64,000 bases of DNA. Source: Eledone cirrhosa. Lineage: Eukaryota. Location: NCBI GenBank assembly GCA_964016885.1, contig OZ024755.1:39618001-39682000 (forward strand). Reading direction: 5' to 3'. The notes beneath the pieces were generated by a model. That model did no database searches, was not told the DNA's origin, and was given only the letters and a program-made list of their open reading frames with translations. Below, in pieces: positions 12,959 through 27,302 of the stretch. Made by a program: the position numbers and the translations under genes. Position 1 is the first letter of the stretch, and each line of letters starts with the position of its first letter.

Positions 12959-13678
12959 CATAAGAAGAACTTGAAAAAAAGAATGAAAAATAGATGAGTA
13001 GAAATAGAGAGGTAGTAAAGCCCACACTGTTGGATGGTCGGTATATTTTAGCTGTAACGAGCAGACAAAATGGGGAAAGATTAACCATGGAGATAAAATA
13101 GTGATACCCGCTGCATCAGCCATTCAACCTCACGAGATTCCTTTCTCGTGTGGGAGGTTCTGGTATCGGTTTGTTTGGGGATAATGGTGGACGACATTAG
13201 AGGTCTCAAATATATTAGGTTTTGATAGAACCCTATACACTATTAGTTTCTACTTATATTAAAGTTACGACTAACCTTTCAAAAGGTGTTTCACACGATA
13301 TTACGGTATCGATTTTAGCTGATTGCTCCCATAACATTGCAATGATTTATTAGGTTAATATTCTAATGTGAAGTGACAGGGACTAAAGAAACAATAAAAT
13401 AACACAGCTGATTGCATCACTTCTTATTTCACATCTCAAGTCCCATTCAAAGTTTTATATTTTATTGAAAGCTAAAAAATAAAAGAAACTATAGCAGTAT
13501 ATCATATACTAACATGGATATTGACATACGATACTCAGCAATTTTGATTTGCTGTCATAATGGCACGGGTTCGATCCCATTGTGTGGTTTCTTGGGCAAG
13601 TGTTTTTACCTCGGATCCACCCGAGCCTATATATCTCTATCTATCTAACATTCCTTTCTCTCTCTCTCTCATATATAT

Positions 13679-13877
13679 AACGAAGGAAGTGTGGTATGGA
13701 ACCAGGTGGACCTTAACGCACCAGAGTACTCGATACTTAGGGTAGTAGAGTCGGTAATAGGAAAAAGTTCAGGACCCCGACGGCTGTGATCCGGCCGTTT
13801 CGACAGCTAGATCGGAACTAGTTCAGAGTTAGCTGTCGAAACGGCTGGAGCTCAGCCGTCGGGGTCCTGACTCTTTT

Positions 13878-13880
<3 letters not shown>
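13679..13880. mobile_element. Short fold-back Penelope-like terminal fragment (HHR 3' half in each arm)
   Basis: Imperfect palindrome ~13759-13880 containing GAAACGGCUGGAGCUCAGCCGUC|GGGGUC. Family also at 30848-30987 and 36092-36275. Confidence 0.7.
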
Positions 13881-13942
<62 letters not shown>

Positions 13943-14015
13943 GAGCGGAGCAAGCAATTATCAAACAATCTTTTAAATAAATTAAAAAACGATTTAAATA
14001 TTCGCCTGTTCTATT

Positions 14016-14095
14016 GCTGTTACCGACGGTTTCACTAATAAAAAGATTGGAAATCCAGAGAATTTCCAATGGAAAGAATTAAATCTTCAGACAGC
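14016..14095 (-). ncRNA. Type I hammerhead ribozyme
   Basis: Inverted near-copy of 14456-14535. Confidence 0.75.
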
Positions 14096-14455
14096 TATTT
14101 TCATACCATAAGGGTGCAAAATCTCATAGTAAGTCAATATTTCGCTTACTGCCCGACGCATGCGATCAAGCCGTTGAAGTGACGCACACGCAAAAATAGG
14201 TCACAAGTAGTATTTCTGTAGGTATCTAGTGCCTGTTGGAATATCCATACCTTTTTATAATTTTTCTCCTTTTGTGGAGAAATGTTGTATCGCGCTGCTA
14301 TTTTTAGCGGCATGATCAGCAAGTTTATAATAGCCCGCTTTTACTTGTGGCCTATTTTTGCGTGTGCGTCACTTCAACGGCTTGACCGCATGCGTCGGGC
14401 CGTAAGGGAAATATTGACTTACTATGAAGTTTTGCACCCTTATGGTATGGAAATA

Positions 14456-14535
14456 GCTGTCTGAAGATCTAATTCTTTCCATTGGAAATTCTCTGGATTT
14501 CCAATCGTTTTATTAGTGAAACCGTCGGTAACAGC
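14456..14535 (+). ncRNA. Type I hammerhead ribozyme, extended stem II
   Basis: GCUGU-CUGAAGA-uCUAAU..AUUGGAAAU/ucucugg/AUUUCCAAU..AUUAGu-GAAACCG-u-CGGUA|ACAGC. Confidence 0.82.
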
Positions 14536-14714
14536 AATAGAACAGGCGAATATTTAAATCGTTTTTTAATTTATTTAAAAGATTGTTTGATAATTGCTTG
14601 CTCCGCTCATTTTTATAGTTCTGGTATCTCAAATTAGTACCATCGAACCACAACTATTATAAACACCATGCATATTTCTGACGGTACCTATTGCCTGTTG
14701 GAATATCCATACCC

Positions 14715-14793
<79 letters not shown>

Positions 14794-14950
14794 TGGAATA
14801 AATGCTCTGAAATAGCGATATATATGTGAATATAGACATAGAATATTCGAAAATATTCTGTATGTTTATAATAAACATTTTGAAGACCTAATCGCTATAG
14901 AATAGAATACGTCACGTATTACAATTAGATTCTCGATAAAAGCAAGGGAA

Positions 14951-15923
14951 GTAATCTACGCGTTTCATTCTTGTTAGAAATCATCAGGACTACATATCCA
15001 GTGCTTTTATCGAGAATGACACAGCTAGAGACTTATAGAATACTTAGCTGTGTACAGGAACTGGTTTGAAAGAGCGGTTGCCGGTCCGGCAGAAATTAGA
15101 AATTGGAATAAATGCTCTGAAATAGCGATATATATGTGAATATAGACATAGAATATTCGAAAATATTCTGTATGTTTATAATAAACATTTTGAAGACCTA
15201 ATCGCTATAGAATAGAATACGTCACGTATTACAATTAGATTCTCGATAAAAGCAAGGGAAGTAATCTACGCGTTTCATTCTTGTTAGAAATCATCAGGAC
15301 TACATATCCAGTGCTTTTATCGAGAATGACACAGCTAGAGACTTATAGAATACTTAGCTGTGTACAGGAACTGGTTTGAAAGAGCGGTTGCCGGTCCGGC
15401 AGAAATTAGAAATTGGAATAAATGCTCTGAAATAGCGATATATATGTGAATATAGACATAGAATATTCGAAAATATTCTGTATGTTTATAATAAACATTT
15501 TGAAGACCTAATCGCTATAGAATAGAATACGTCACGTATTACAATTAGATTCTCGATAAAAGCAAGGGAAGTAATCTACGCGTTTCATTCTTGTTAGAAA
15601 TCATCAGGACTACATATCCAGTGCTTTTATCGAGAATGACACAGCTAGAGACTTATAGAATACTTAGCTGTGTACAGGAACTGGTTTGAAAGAGCGGTTG
15701 CCGGTCCGGCAGAAATTAGAAATTGGAATAAATGCTCTGAAATAGCGATATATATGTGAATATAGACATAGAATATTCGAAAATATTCTGTATGTTTATA
15801 ATAAACATTTTGAAGACCTAATCGCTATAGAATAGAATACGTCACGTATTACAATTAGATTCTCGATAAAAGCAAGGGAAGTAATCTACGCGTTTCATTC
15901 TTGTTAGAAATCATCAGGACTAC
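14951..15923 (-). ncRNA. Four identical minimal HHRs (14951-14993, 15261-15303, 15571-15613, 15881-15923)
   Basis: Reverse complement of GTAGTC-CTGATGA-TTTCTAACAAGAAT-GAAA-CGCG-TA|GATTAC. Confidence 0.88.
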
Positions 15924-16370
15924 ATATCCAGTGCTTTTATCGAGAATGACACAGCTAGAGACTTATAGAATACTTAGCTGTGTACAGGAACTGGTTTGAA
16001 AGAGCGGTTGCCGGTCCGGCAGAAATTAGAAATTGGAATAAATGCTCTGAAATAGCGATATATATGTGAATATAGACATAGAATATTCGAAAATATTCTG
16101 TATGTTTATAATAAACATTTTGAAGACCTAATCGCTACGTGACGTATTCTATTCTATAGCGATTAGGTCTTCAAAATGTTTATTATAAACATACAGAATA
16201 TTTTCGAATATTCTATGTCTATATTCACATATATATCGCTATTTCAGAGCATTTATTCCAATTTCTAATTTCTGCCGGACCGGCAACCGCTCTTTCAAAC
16301 CAGTTCCTGTACACAGCTAAGTATTCTATAAGTCTCTAGCTGTGTCATTCTCGATAAAAGCACTGGATAT

Positions 16371-17343
16371 GTAGTCCTGATGATTTCTAACAAGAATGAA
16401 ACGCGTAGATTACTTCCCTTGCTTTTATCGAGAATCTAATTGTAATACGTGACGTATTCTATTCTATAGCGATTAGGTCTTCAAAATGTTTATTATAAAC
16501 ATACAGAATATTTTCGAATATTCTATGTCTATATTCACATATATATCGCTATTTCAGAGCATTTATTCCAATTTCTAATTTCTGCCGGACCGGCAACCGC
16601 TCTTTCAAACCAGTTCCTGTACACAGCTAAGTATTCTATAAGTCTCTAGCTGTGTCATTCTCGATAAAAGCACTGGATATGTAGTCCTGATGATTTCTAA
16701 CAAGAATGAAACGCGTAGATTACTTCCCTTGCTTTTATCGAGAATCTAATTGTAATACGTGACGTATTCTATTCTATAGCGATTAGGTCTTCAAAATGTT
16801 TATTATAAACATACAGAATATTTTCGAATATTCTATGTCTATATTCACATATATATCGCTATTTCAGAGCATTTATTCCAATTTCTAATTTCTGCCGGAC
16901 CGGCAACCGCTCTTTCAAACCAGTTCCTGTACACAGCTAAGTATTCTATAAGTCTCTAGCTGTGTCATTCTCGATAAAAGCACTGGATATGTAGTCCTGA
17001 TGATTTCTAACAAGAATGAAACGCGTAGATTACTTCCCTTGCTTTTATCGAGAATCTAATTGTAATACGTGACGTATTCTATTCTATAGCGATTAGGTCT
17101 TCAAAATGTTTATTATAAACATACAGAATATTTTCGAATATTCTATGTCTATATTCACATATATATCGCTATTTCAGAGCATTTATTCCAATTTCTAATT
17201 TCTGCCGGACCGGCAACCGCTCTTTCAAACCAGTTCCTGTACACAGCTAAGTATTCTATAAGTCTCTAGCTGTGTCATTCTCGATAAAAGCACTGGATAT
17301 GTAGTCCTGATGATTTCTAACAAGAATGAAACGCGTAGATTAC
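16371..17343 (+). ncRNA. Four identical minimal HHRs (16371-16413, 16681-16723, 16991-17033, 17301-17343)
   Basis: GUAGUC-CUGAUGA-uUUCU/aaca/AGAAu-GAAA-CGCG-UA|GAUUAC. A flanking 16-bp inverted repeat ATTCTCGATAAAAGCA/TGCTTTTATCGAGAAT extends stem I. Confidence 0.88.
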
Positions 17344-17463
17344 TTCCCTTGCTTTTATCGAGAATCTAATTGTAATACGTGACGTATTCTATTCTATAGC
17401 GATTAGGTCTTCAAAATGTTTATTATAAACATACAGAATATTTTCGAATATTCTATGTCTATA

Positions 17464-17528
<65 letters not shown>

Positions 17529-17652
17529 TTATATATATATTTATATATATATAAATGAAGTATTTCCGTCGGAAAGGTACAGGAAAAAAGAGTGCTCTAT
17601 GTAGGCTACAGAGCTTAGTAGTTATGTAATAAACAATATAAGATAATTATTT

Positions 17653-17710
17653 CATTAACCAGTGGTTTCATGAAGGCGTATATTTATATCTGTCTTCAGT
17701 CGTCAGAATG
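17653..17710 (-). ncRNA. Type I hammerhead ribozyme
   Basis: Reverse complement: CAUU-CUGACGA-cUGAAG...CUUCAu-GAAACCA-c-UGGUU|AAUG. Confidence 0.72.
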
Positions 17711-17817
17711 CATAAATAACATGGTGTTTTTATTAAATATGGATTTGAAAACAAAATTTAGGAAATATGAAAGGGAGGCTGAAAGAAACGGGCGAAAAGG
17801 AAATAGGGAAAAAAAAA

Positions 17818-17861
<44 letters not shown>

Positions 17862-18323
17862 TATATAAAAAAAATAAATATCCGGAACATAAACATACAC
17901 ACACTCAACCACGCGTTTATACGTAATGGTACGTAGACGTATACTTTCTCACATAAGCGTATTTGCGTCTACATGGAAATACGACCAGACACATAAATAT
18001 ATTCACACACACACATATACACAAATATAATTGCACCCATATATGTACACACAAACGCACACATATATAAATACAAACAATGTAAAAATAAACAAATACA
18101 CACGATATGTATATACATATATATATATATGTGTGTTTGGCCTTTTAACTTACGTTGTTGCTCAAGTACACTAGCTTCTATGGAGAGCTTGCCTCACATC
18201 TCGGAAGCTGTTTTTCGCTAATTTCCCATAGTCGAAATACGATTCTCGGTAATTTATATATATATATATATATATATATACGATATTAAACAAATAGAAA
18301 CTATATTTATAAAACCATATTTA

Positions 18324-18385
18324 TTTCATTATACATATTTCAGGGATACCATATTAAAAATATGGCATGCCTTCGTCAGATAAAA
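18324..18385 (-). ncRNA. Type I hammerhead ribozyme (AUAUAU family)
   Basis: UUUUAU-CUGACGA-AGGcAUGCCAUAUU/uuu/AAUAUGGUAUcCCU-GAAA-UAUGUA-UA|AUGAAA. Confidence 0.8.
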
Positions 18386-18561
18386 TACAATATATAACCA
18401 GTTTTATAAATAATGTTGACGTACCATAAATATAGCGACCATTAAGGTAGGAGGCTGGCTTGGTAGTTAATATCGTATATCTACTCCAAAACTTGTCGAG
18501 TGCTTTATATCAGTTATAAATTATTTACTTGTTGTAACCCAACAATTTTAAATAAAACTTT

Positions 18562-18606
<45 letters not shown>

Positions 18607-18647
18607 ATATTAAATAAATGGAAGCTATATTTATAAAACCATATTTA

Positions 18648-18704
18648 TTCTATTATATATATTTCAAGGGTACCAAAACTTTGGTACGCGCTCATCAGAT
18701 AAAA
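18648..18704 (-). ncRNA. Type I hammerhead ribozyme (AUAUAU family)
   Basis: UUUUAU-CUGAUGA-gcgcGUACCAAA/gu/UUUGGUACccuu-GAAA-UAUAUA-UA|AUAGAA. Confidence 0.75.
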
Positions 18705-19741
18705 TACAAAGTTTGTTTTATAAATATTGACATAACCAGGAAGAGGATCTTAACGGTTCAAGTTTTTCCTGGATAGTGAAGGAAAGATGGGAAAGAGAAG
18801 AAAAGTAAAATATTTCAAATTATTAAGATGAATATGCAAATAAGGTTGAGGTATAAGGCTGAAAAAAACGTTATTTTTAGACGCTATGTAGATTTAAATA
18901 ATTAGGATATATGTATGTATGAGTAGGAAGAAGGAAAAGTAAGAAAGAAGAGCTTGTATTTACGTTAATTTAAAAAGAATTAACAATTTGTATGGAATGG
19001 TGGGATATGATTCCAGAATTTAAAAATTATTTAGCGATATTATGAGTTATAATATTGTATATATAATCAATTAGATTATATGAAGAATTATGGTTGTAAG
19101 TACATTTTATCTCATTACATTACAACGGGTTATAAGTATATAAATATCTATATAGATTAATAATTGTGCATGTTTGGTGATTTTATAGAAATTTGTTGAT
19201 TTTATAGAAATAGAAATAAATCACAATTATTAGTTGTTTACATTTCTAATATGAGTAACGAAGGAAGTTGATTTTGCATTTTACATAAAAAAAACACTAG
19301 TTCAAGTTGTAAGAGGAGAACAATTTGTAGATTCAAATATTTTGTTCCAACATTGAAAATGTATTCAGAATATTGTTAATTTAGCGAAGTTATATAGTTT
19401 ATCATATATATTATAATGTTTATGTTTGCTCGATTGAGAAGGAAAAGATAACTTCAATCTTGTTTGCTAACCGTTAAATTTGATGAATGATTTACTCAGA
19501 AAATATGTAGAGAAAATTATATATTATTTTATGTGAGATAATTTTTTCAAGGATGAGTGTTTCAATTATATATTATTTTAGTCAAAAGATGTGTGAAAAG
19601 TTTGAAGATCAAAGAAGAGGAAAAACGTATTGTGCATTTCGAAGAACTAACTAGGAAAGGAGAGTGGTCTATCTCTGTTGAGCTCGTCTGTCTTCGTGAA
19701 ACCTCTGGTAAATGGAATAACTGTCTTATGTTGTTTATTAC

Positions 19742-19843
<102 letters not shown>

Positions 19844-20702
19844 GATATATATATGCGTATGTGTGTTTGTGTATGTTTATGTGTGTGTTATATATGTTTA
19901 TGCGTGTTTGTATGGTTTCTGTGTGTCCATGTGTGTGTTAATGCAAATGGGTTTCCGTATAAATGCCAGACATAATTAGATGAAAGATTCATGATAATAG
20001 AAAAGGCGTAAAGACGATTACTTTAAATTAATTTCACATTAAATTACTAAATAAACAAACAAATAAAAAGGGCAAATAAATAAATAAATGTATGCAAATC
20101 CGAATTAATTGTGTTCACGGAATTGTTCACTATGGCTGAGAAAATAATCTCCATACGACCTGTGGCGTCGATAAAATCTGTGGAATATTTTATTAGCATT
20201 TTTAGCAGACGTGTTTAATAGCGAGAGTATTGCAGCAGAAACACTGACACTTCTTCTAAATATTCTCCACATACCTTGACCCTCTCTGCTGCCACTCAGC
20301 TTGTTTTACTCCATTCCTTTATTCTTCGACAACATTACTGATTTTATTTATCTTTATTGGCGAATTGGTAAGTTACAGCATAGACATTGACATATACACA
20401 CACACACATACACACATACACACACATACTCACACTCACACACACTCACATATATATATTCAATTTGTTTGCTTCGTTTTTTTCATTTTTCCACCTTTTT
20501 TTCTTTCTCCCTCTCTCTTAACTATCATTTCTTTCCCTCATGGCATTTTGATGGACAAAAGGCCTCGGGCGCGCTGCCGATCGATGTTCTGTTTTAAGCG
20601 CCGAAACATCTATGATCCGGGGAAAACAGCTGATGAAGGGCTACTTTTCTTCTCTTGGTACGTCCCTAGTACCATCTTGCAGGTTGCCTCTTTACTTGTA
20701 TG

Positions 20703-20790
<88 letters not shown>

Positions 20791-20955
20791 CAGATGTCTG
20801 TGTATAATGCCAATGAGGGAGTGAAAGGGGAGAGAAAGCAACGGAGAGGCAAAGTGAGGAAGTGGCTCATTACTTCTGATCTTCCAGCTCCTCATTCGTC
20901 ACAACGTTTTTTGATAGAAGGAGAAATGTAAATAGTGAGTGAGTGAGTTAGAAAC

Positions 20956-21040
<85 letters not shown>

Positions 21041-21789
21041 AAGAAACAGACAGACTAAAAGAGAGGAAGTGTTACAAAAGAGGGGATAGCGGGAGAGAGA
21101 GAAAGAGATAGTGAGAAATAAACAGACATAGAAAAAAAGGAAGTGTTACAGAGTGTGAGAGGGAATATGTGTGAGCGAGAGAAAGACAGAATGAGAAAAT
21201 GACAGAGAAAGAAACAGAGAGAGTAAACAGAAAAGGACAGAGAAAGAAACAGAGAGAGTGAACAAGTTTCTATGGGAGAAGTTGAAAGAGAAGGAGCGAG
21301 AGAGAGACGCTGTATGTTTGATACTGTGTATATACGTGTCAGTGTAGATACATGTGTGCGTATGATGTGTGTGGAAATAAGAGGGGAAGGAAAACAATAA
21401 CTATCAACGTGTGCGTGCGTGTGCGTATGTGTGTACGTGGACGTGTGCGTATGTGTGCGTGTGGCGTTCTACAGAAAGTAAAAACTATCAACATGTATAA
21501 GAGTGTGTACGTGCACATATACGTGTGTGCATTTGCTGCATGTGTGCGTATGCGTGCATGTGTGCGTTTGCGAGCGTGCGTGCGTTAGTGTGCGTGTGTG
21601 TGTGTGTGTGTGTACGTACGTGCGGCGTTCCACAATCGCCATTTATTCCAATCACTCTTGTGAAGATATTCACGTAAATTTCACTCATTTTTCATTTAAT
21701 CCTCATTTTAATTTTCAAAATGTTTTCCGAGAAAAATGTTCTCTCTCTCTACAAGAGGCGACGGGGTAGATATAGATGATCAGTATTGT

Positions 21790-22850
21790 ACAGTGAAGCA
21801 AAGACGTGTACAGGTAGCCAGAGTATGGTGACTAGAGACCACTGCATCAACGACAGCAAAGACATGAAAACGACCGGAGGAAAGCTGCTGCACACAGGGC
21901 CAATGAGTCACAAGAAGCAGGAGAAAAACAGTTAGAACAATTACGGCAACAAAATGCAATCCCCAGGAGAGACGAGTCAAAAAAGGAAAGAGAAAAACGT
22001 TTAAAGGATGCAAGACAAAGACAATCTGCCAGAGTTGCCAATGAGACAATAGGTCAGCGAGAGATTATACAAAGAAAAACACCAGGAGCAAACAGTTGCA
22101 ACAAGACTTCCCCAATGCTCAGAGGAAAGACATAAGTGTCTTGATCAAGATAGGCTGAATACATTTGACAAAAGTGTTTCACCTTTCAAGGGGACTTGGA
22201 AAAGATCACCTTTCAACTATGATCCAAAACATAATTATTCTATAGAGAAATTGATTGATATTGTCAAAAGAGTGCAATTTTTGTAAAGGAAAGAAATGAG
22301 AAAGAGAAACGACCACTATGTATTGTGGTGGAGGAATGGTTGTTTTACCGACGTTTGGTACATCCCCAGATACTTTGAAGGTATAGCTTTTGGGAGACAC
22401 ACCAAGTAGTACAAACTTCTTGAAACACATTATGAATTATAATTCTGCCTTCCAAATTACCTCTTTTGGTAGCAATATTATACAGCTCAAGGTTAGACTT
22501 TGAAATCTATTGGCTTGCACTTAATTGATCCAGGGTGGGTAGTTTACAAGACTTATTTGACTATGCCCCAAACCAGAAAATAAAGAATGTTGTTTACCCA
22601 GTAATTTCCTTCAATACATTTGATAGAATTTATCTCCCTTCATAAAAGTGGAAAATTTTGTATTTTCGTTTATTATTATTATATTTTCTTTTTTGTATTA
22701 TGAATTCAGAATTAATTTCATCATGTATCTCAATTGAAGAATAAATAGAATTTAGAATAACAAATTTCTATGCAACATATTTTGCTTTTTTCTTCTAATA
22801 TATAAGGAACAATTTCATTACCTAGCAACGCCGGGTGCCTCTATATAAGT
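21790..22850 (+). mobile_element. Internally deleted Helitron relic
   Basis: Remnants KECNFCKGKK*ERETTTMYCGGGMVVLP (N-terminal Zn finger), FLKHIMNYNSAFQITSFG and AQG*TLKSIGLHL (helicase end). 3' hairpin-like CCTAGCAACGCCGGG precedes ~CTATATAAGT. The 5' boundary is uncertain. Confidence 0.75.
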
Positions 22851-22970
22851 ATTTATATTCATTGTAAAGCTATATATATCGCAGTACGGATATGTGAATG
22901 GAATTCCACTGAAGCAGGTAGCGAAGTTCAAGTATCTCTGGGCCGTATATATATATATATATACGGGCAT

Positions 22971-23092
22971 CCACTGATGAGTTTATAAGTGCCCTCTTGT
23001 GTATAAAACTATGGATTATATACAAGTTTGTACATGACCTGGGAATTATTTATCCCAAATTGTAGAAATCTTATAACGAAACGGCCGTCTGG
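22971..23092 (+). ncRNA. Type I hammerhead ribozyme with a large branched stem II insert
   Basis: CCA-CUGAUGA-GUUuAUAAG...(~80 nt)...CUUAUAAC-GAAAC-GGCC-GUC|UGG, with palindromic ACGGCCGU. Confidence 0.75.
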
Positions 23093-23360
23093 TAGGAAAG
23101 AGATATTTAACAAATAGATATTTAATAATGTCTCATATGAAATAATACAACCAGCTATCCAGGAAATACTGATTAGTTAGCACCCCAAACACTAAATTGG
23201 GAAAATGCTTAGGTATATCCTAATGTTTGTTGAGTGAGATGGAGTTGGTCAGAGTATCGCTTAAGGCTTTCTCTGTTTATGTATTGTATATATATCTATA
23301 TATATATATATATATATATAGTATCGCTAAAAAGTTTTCTCCGATATTGTATTTATTATA

Positions 23361-23473
<113 letters not shown>

Positions 23474-23672
23474 TGATCTGCTTATCTTCAAGAACTATGC
23501 CTGCAAATAACATCATTTTTTTCTTTCCTATTGCCTTATTATGCTCCACATTACGGCCGTTTTTTTATTTTTTATTTTCACTTCATAAACCTTGTTTGTA
23601 AATAACATTATTCTTTCTGCACCATTTCTTTAACATGTCCAACACCACCATTCTACGCCAATACATATTATT

Positions 23673-23853
23673 TATTTCTACTTTAGGCACAAGGCCAGCA
23701 ATTACCCAGTGCATTACTGGTACTTTATTTTATCGACCCCGTAAGGATGAAAGGCAAAGTCAACCTCGCCGGGATTTGAACTCAGATCGTAAAGGGACAT
23801 AACTATGCTGGAAAGCATGGCGTCCGACCCTCTACCGATACTGCCAATCCACC
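23673..23853 (-). mobile_element. tRNA-derived SINE with ~23-bp TSD
   Basis: ATTCTACGCCAATACATATTATT at 23650-23672 and 23854-23876. Confidence 0.9.
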
Positions 23854-24110
23854 ATTCTACGCCAATACATATTATTACCATTTGATAATGCATAAAAATG
23901 CTGAAACCGGTAATAGACAATTATTAAATATATAAATAAATAATTAAATGCCATTGTTAATTAATAAATAAATCAACTAATACCTTAACACTTCACACAA
24001 AGTAAAATATTTCGTTTTAATCATTTTCTAACCAAGAAAAAAGAGAGAGAAAAATAGAAAGGAAAAAAATATATTTTTCTTCCTAATAATCAGCTTTTTC
24101 TCCCTGTTTT

Positions 24111-24159
<49 letters not shown>

Positions 24160-24163
24160 CTTC

Positions 24164-24253
<90 letters not shown>

Positions 24254-24658
24254 GAAGATACGTAAGGTTAAGTTTCGTTTGTGAATCAAGTGTGCAAAGA
24301 AATCAAATATGAAATATTTTTCTCGACGTATTCGTTGCAGTAGGTAAGGTAACAGTCCAATTAGAGAGTTTAAGGTGCAGTTTCCAAGGAAAATGTCACG
24401 GAGTAATTATAATAGTTAAAAGTATAGCAACAGGAAAAACAAATGACTAGGAAGGCAGAATTGGTCAGAAGGAAAAATTTATAGAGTTCATTCCTTAACA
24501 TATGTTTCTATACAATATCAGTCTACAAGCGCTAACTGCTTAGTACCATGCTCACTCGCATGCATTATGTAAAATATTGCACTACATGAATGTTTTTCCT
24601 GGTTCTATACCTTTTACTATTACACACACACACACACACACATACAAAATATACATAT

Positions 24659-24689
<31 letters not shown>

Positions 24690-24833
24690 ACCAAAGATTA
24701 GTATGGTTCGTTGATTACTCAACGAATACAATTTTATAAGATTAGAAGCACTCAACAAGAAGTTTTCCTGGAGTTTTTAATATTATTCAAAATGGTAACA
24801 AATGAAAAATATTCTCATAATCAAAATATATAC

Positions 24834-24893
24834 TTTATTATATATATTTCAAAGGTACTGTGTTGTTTTTTCAGTACGTCCTCATCAGACAAA
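24834..24893 (-). ncRNA. Type I hammerhead ribozyme (AUAUAU family)
   Basis: UUUGU-CUGAUGA-ggacGUACUG...CAGUACcuuu-GAAA-UAUAUA-UA|AUAAA. Confidence 0.75.
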
Positions 24894-26067
24894 ATATATG
24901 ATATGATATATGACATACCGCTACGGTCTTGATTATACAATTCCAGTTTTGGCAGTGATTTATTTCCTTCAAATCTCAACGTTTTTATACCACAAATAAT
25001 ATGATAAACTGAAAGAAGAAAAGGACGTAGAGCAAACTAGAGATATAAGAGGAGGTGTAAAGAAGAGGAAAGGCAATAAATAAATAAATAAATACATACA
25101 TAAATAGATAAATGAATAAAAAAATAAATGGATGAATGAATAAAAGAAATATATAAAAAAGAAAAGGTGAATAACGACAAAAGAGAGGGAGGGTGTCGGG
25201 AAAGTAAAAAGGAACAAAGTGGGGTAAAGAAAAATAAAGAAAAATAAGGGAACATCGAATAGAAGGGGATAAAAAAACCCATTGTTTTCAATTGTTAGAT
25301 CAAATAAGTCATCAAATCTATTCACATAATCAATAGAATATCTCTTGTATTTGATTATGCTTTAGTAAATTATACTTATATATTATATGAAAATTCATCA
25401 GTATAGATTACTTTCTATAGCAATCACATATTAATTAAAAATTTATATAATTTATAATTTTTAATTTTAAGGTAAGATATTCTATAACTATTTTGTTACA
25501 ACTTTAAAAGAAATCATCTTTAAAGCGTATTTAAATAATTATTAAATATGTATTAAAATATAATACCATGCGTATATCACCATCAATACATATAATATAT
25601 TTACATCATTTATTACCCAAATTATTTTATTTACTATGCTTTAATTTTCATTTAATTCCTATGATTAAACTGTAGTTATATTTACTCTCAAAAATTTATT
25701 TCATTAATTTAATGAAAGGTTATATTTACTTCTGTATTTACTTATTTTGATATATAGTTTCCTTTTAATGATAGTCTATATATTATTAATCTACATATTT
25801 CATATTTAATATATTTTAGCAAGTTAGTCAAAAAGAAAAGAAATGTTTACGGAGAATGTAAACAAAGCATTTATAACATATCTCTACTCTCACGTCCAGC
25901 GATATTTCGAAAGCCATAAATCATCTATTGTATATATATCATAATTTATGTCTAATTAAATATTGAACAGTCCTAATCAAAGCATAGGATAACGAGACTC
26001 TTAATGCAATTATTCTACTACATATAAATATCACTAAATTATTACCACAATAAGGAAAAACTTATAT

Positions 26068-27027
<960 letters not shown>

Positions 27028-27041
27028 CTCTAAAAGAGGTA

Positions 27042-27134
27042 TCCTCTTGATAAGTCGGCAAACCTCACAAAAATACCGTATCTCTATGATGTAGTGTTTT
27101 TGCATAATATGCCACGAAACTTTGTAGTCGAGGA
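27042..27134 (+). ncRNA. HHR of the 591-bp family (U3-A8 variant)
   Basis: UCCUC-UUGAUAA-GUCGGCA...UGCCAC-GAAAC-uuugua-GUC|GAGGA. Confidence 0.7.
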
Positions 27135-27201
27135 GTAACGAGTAATTTGGGTATAGTATATCTTATTAATTATATCTAATGTTTCTTCTTTCTTTATAAT
27201 G

Positions 27202-27302
<101 letters not shown>

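Larger units (their letters stand above)
13938..14720. mobile_element. Fold-back retrozyme-like element, ~462-bp unit with terminal redundancy
   Basis: 13938-14210 is inverted versus ~14342-14612. TGCCTGTTGGAATATCCATACC repeats at 14230 and 14692. (TA)n flanks. Confidence 0.85.
14790..17467. repeat. 2.7-kb palindromic array of a 310-bp HHR-bearing unit (~4.3 copies per arm)
   Basis: AATTGGAATAAATGC at 14791, 15101, 15411, 15721 and 16031. Inversion at 16137/16157, with reverse-complement units running to 17467. (TA)n on both sides. Confidence 0.95.

Noticed and set aside
6230-13420. Possible decayed minus-strand host exons (~6270-6360, ~12200-12590, ~13050-13385) with splice-like signals
   Set aside because: Stops occur in all frames and no convincing domain is recognisable by eye. 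BLASTx would be needed.
20540-20690. GAAAC and CTGATGA motifs suggesting another hammerhead
   Set aside because: I could not assemble consistent stems I-III.
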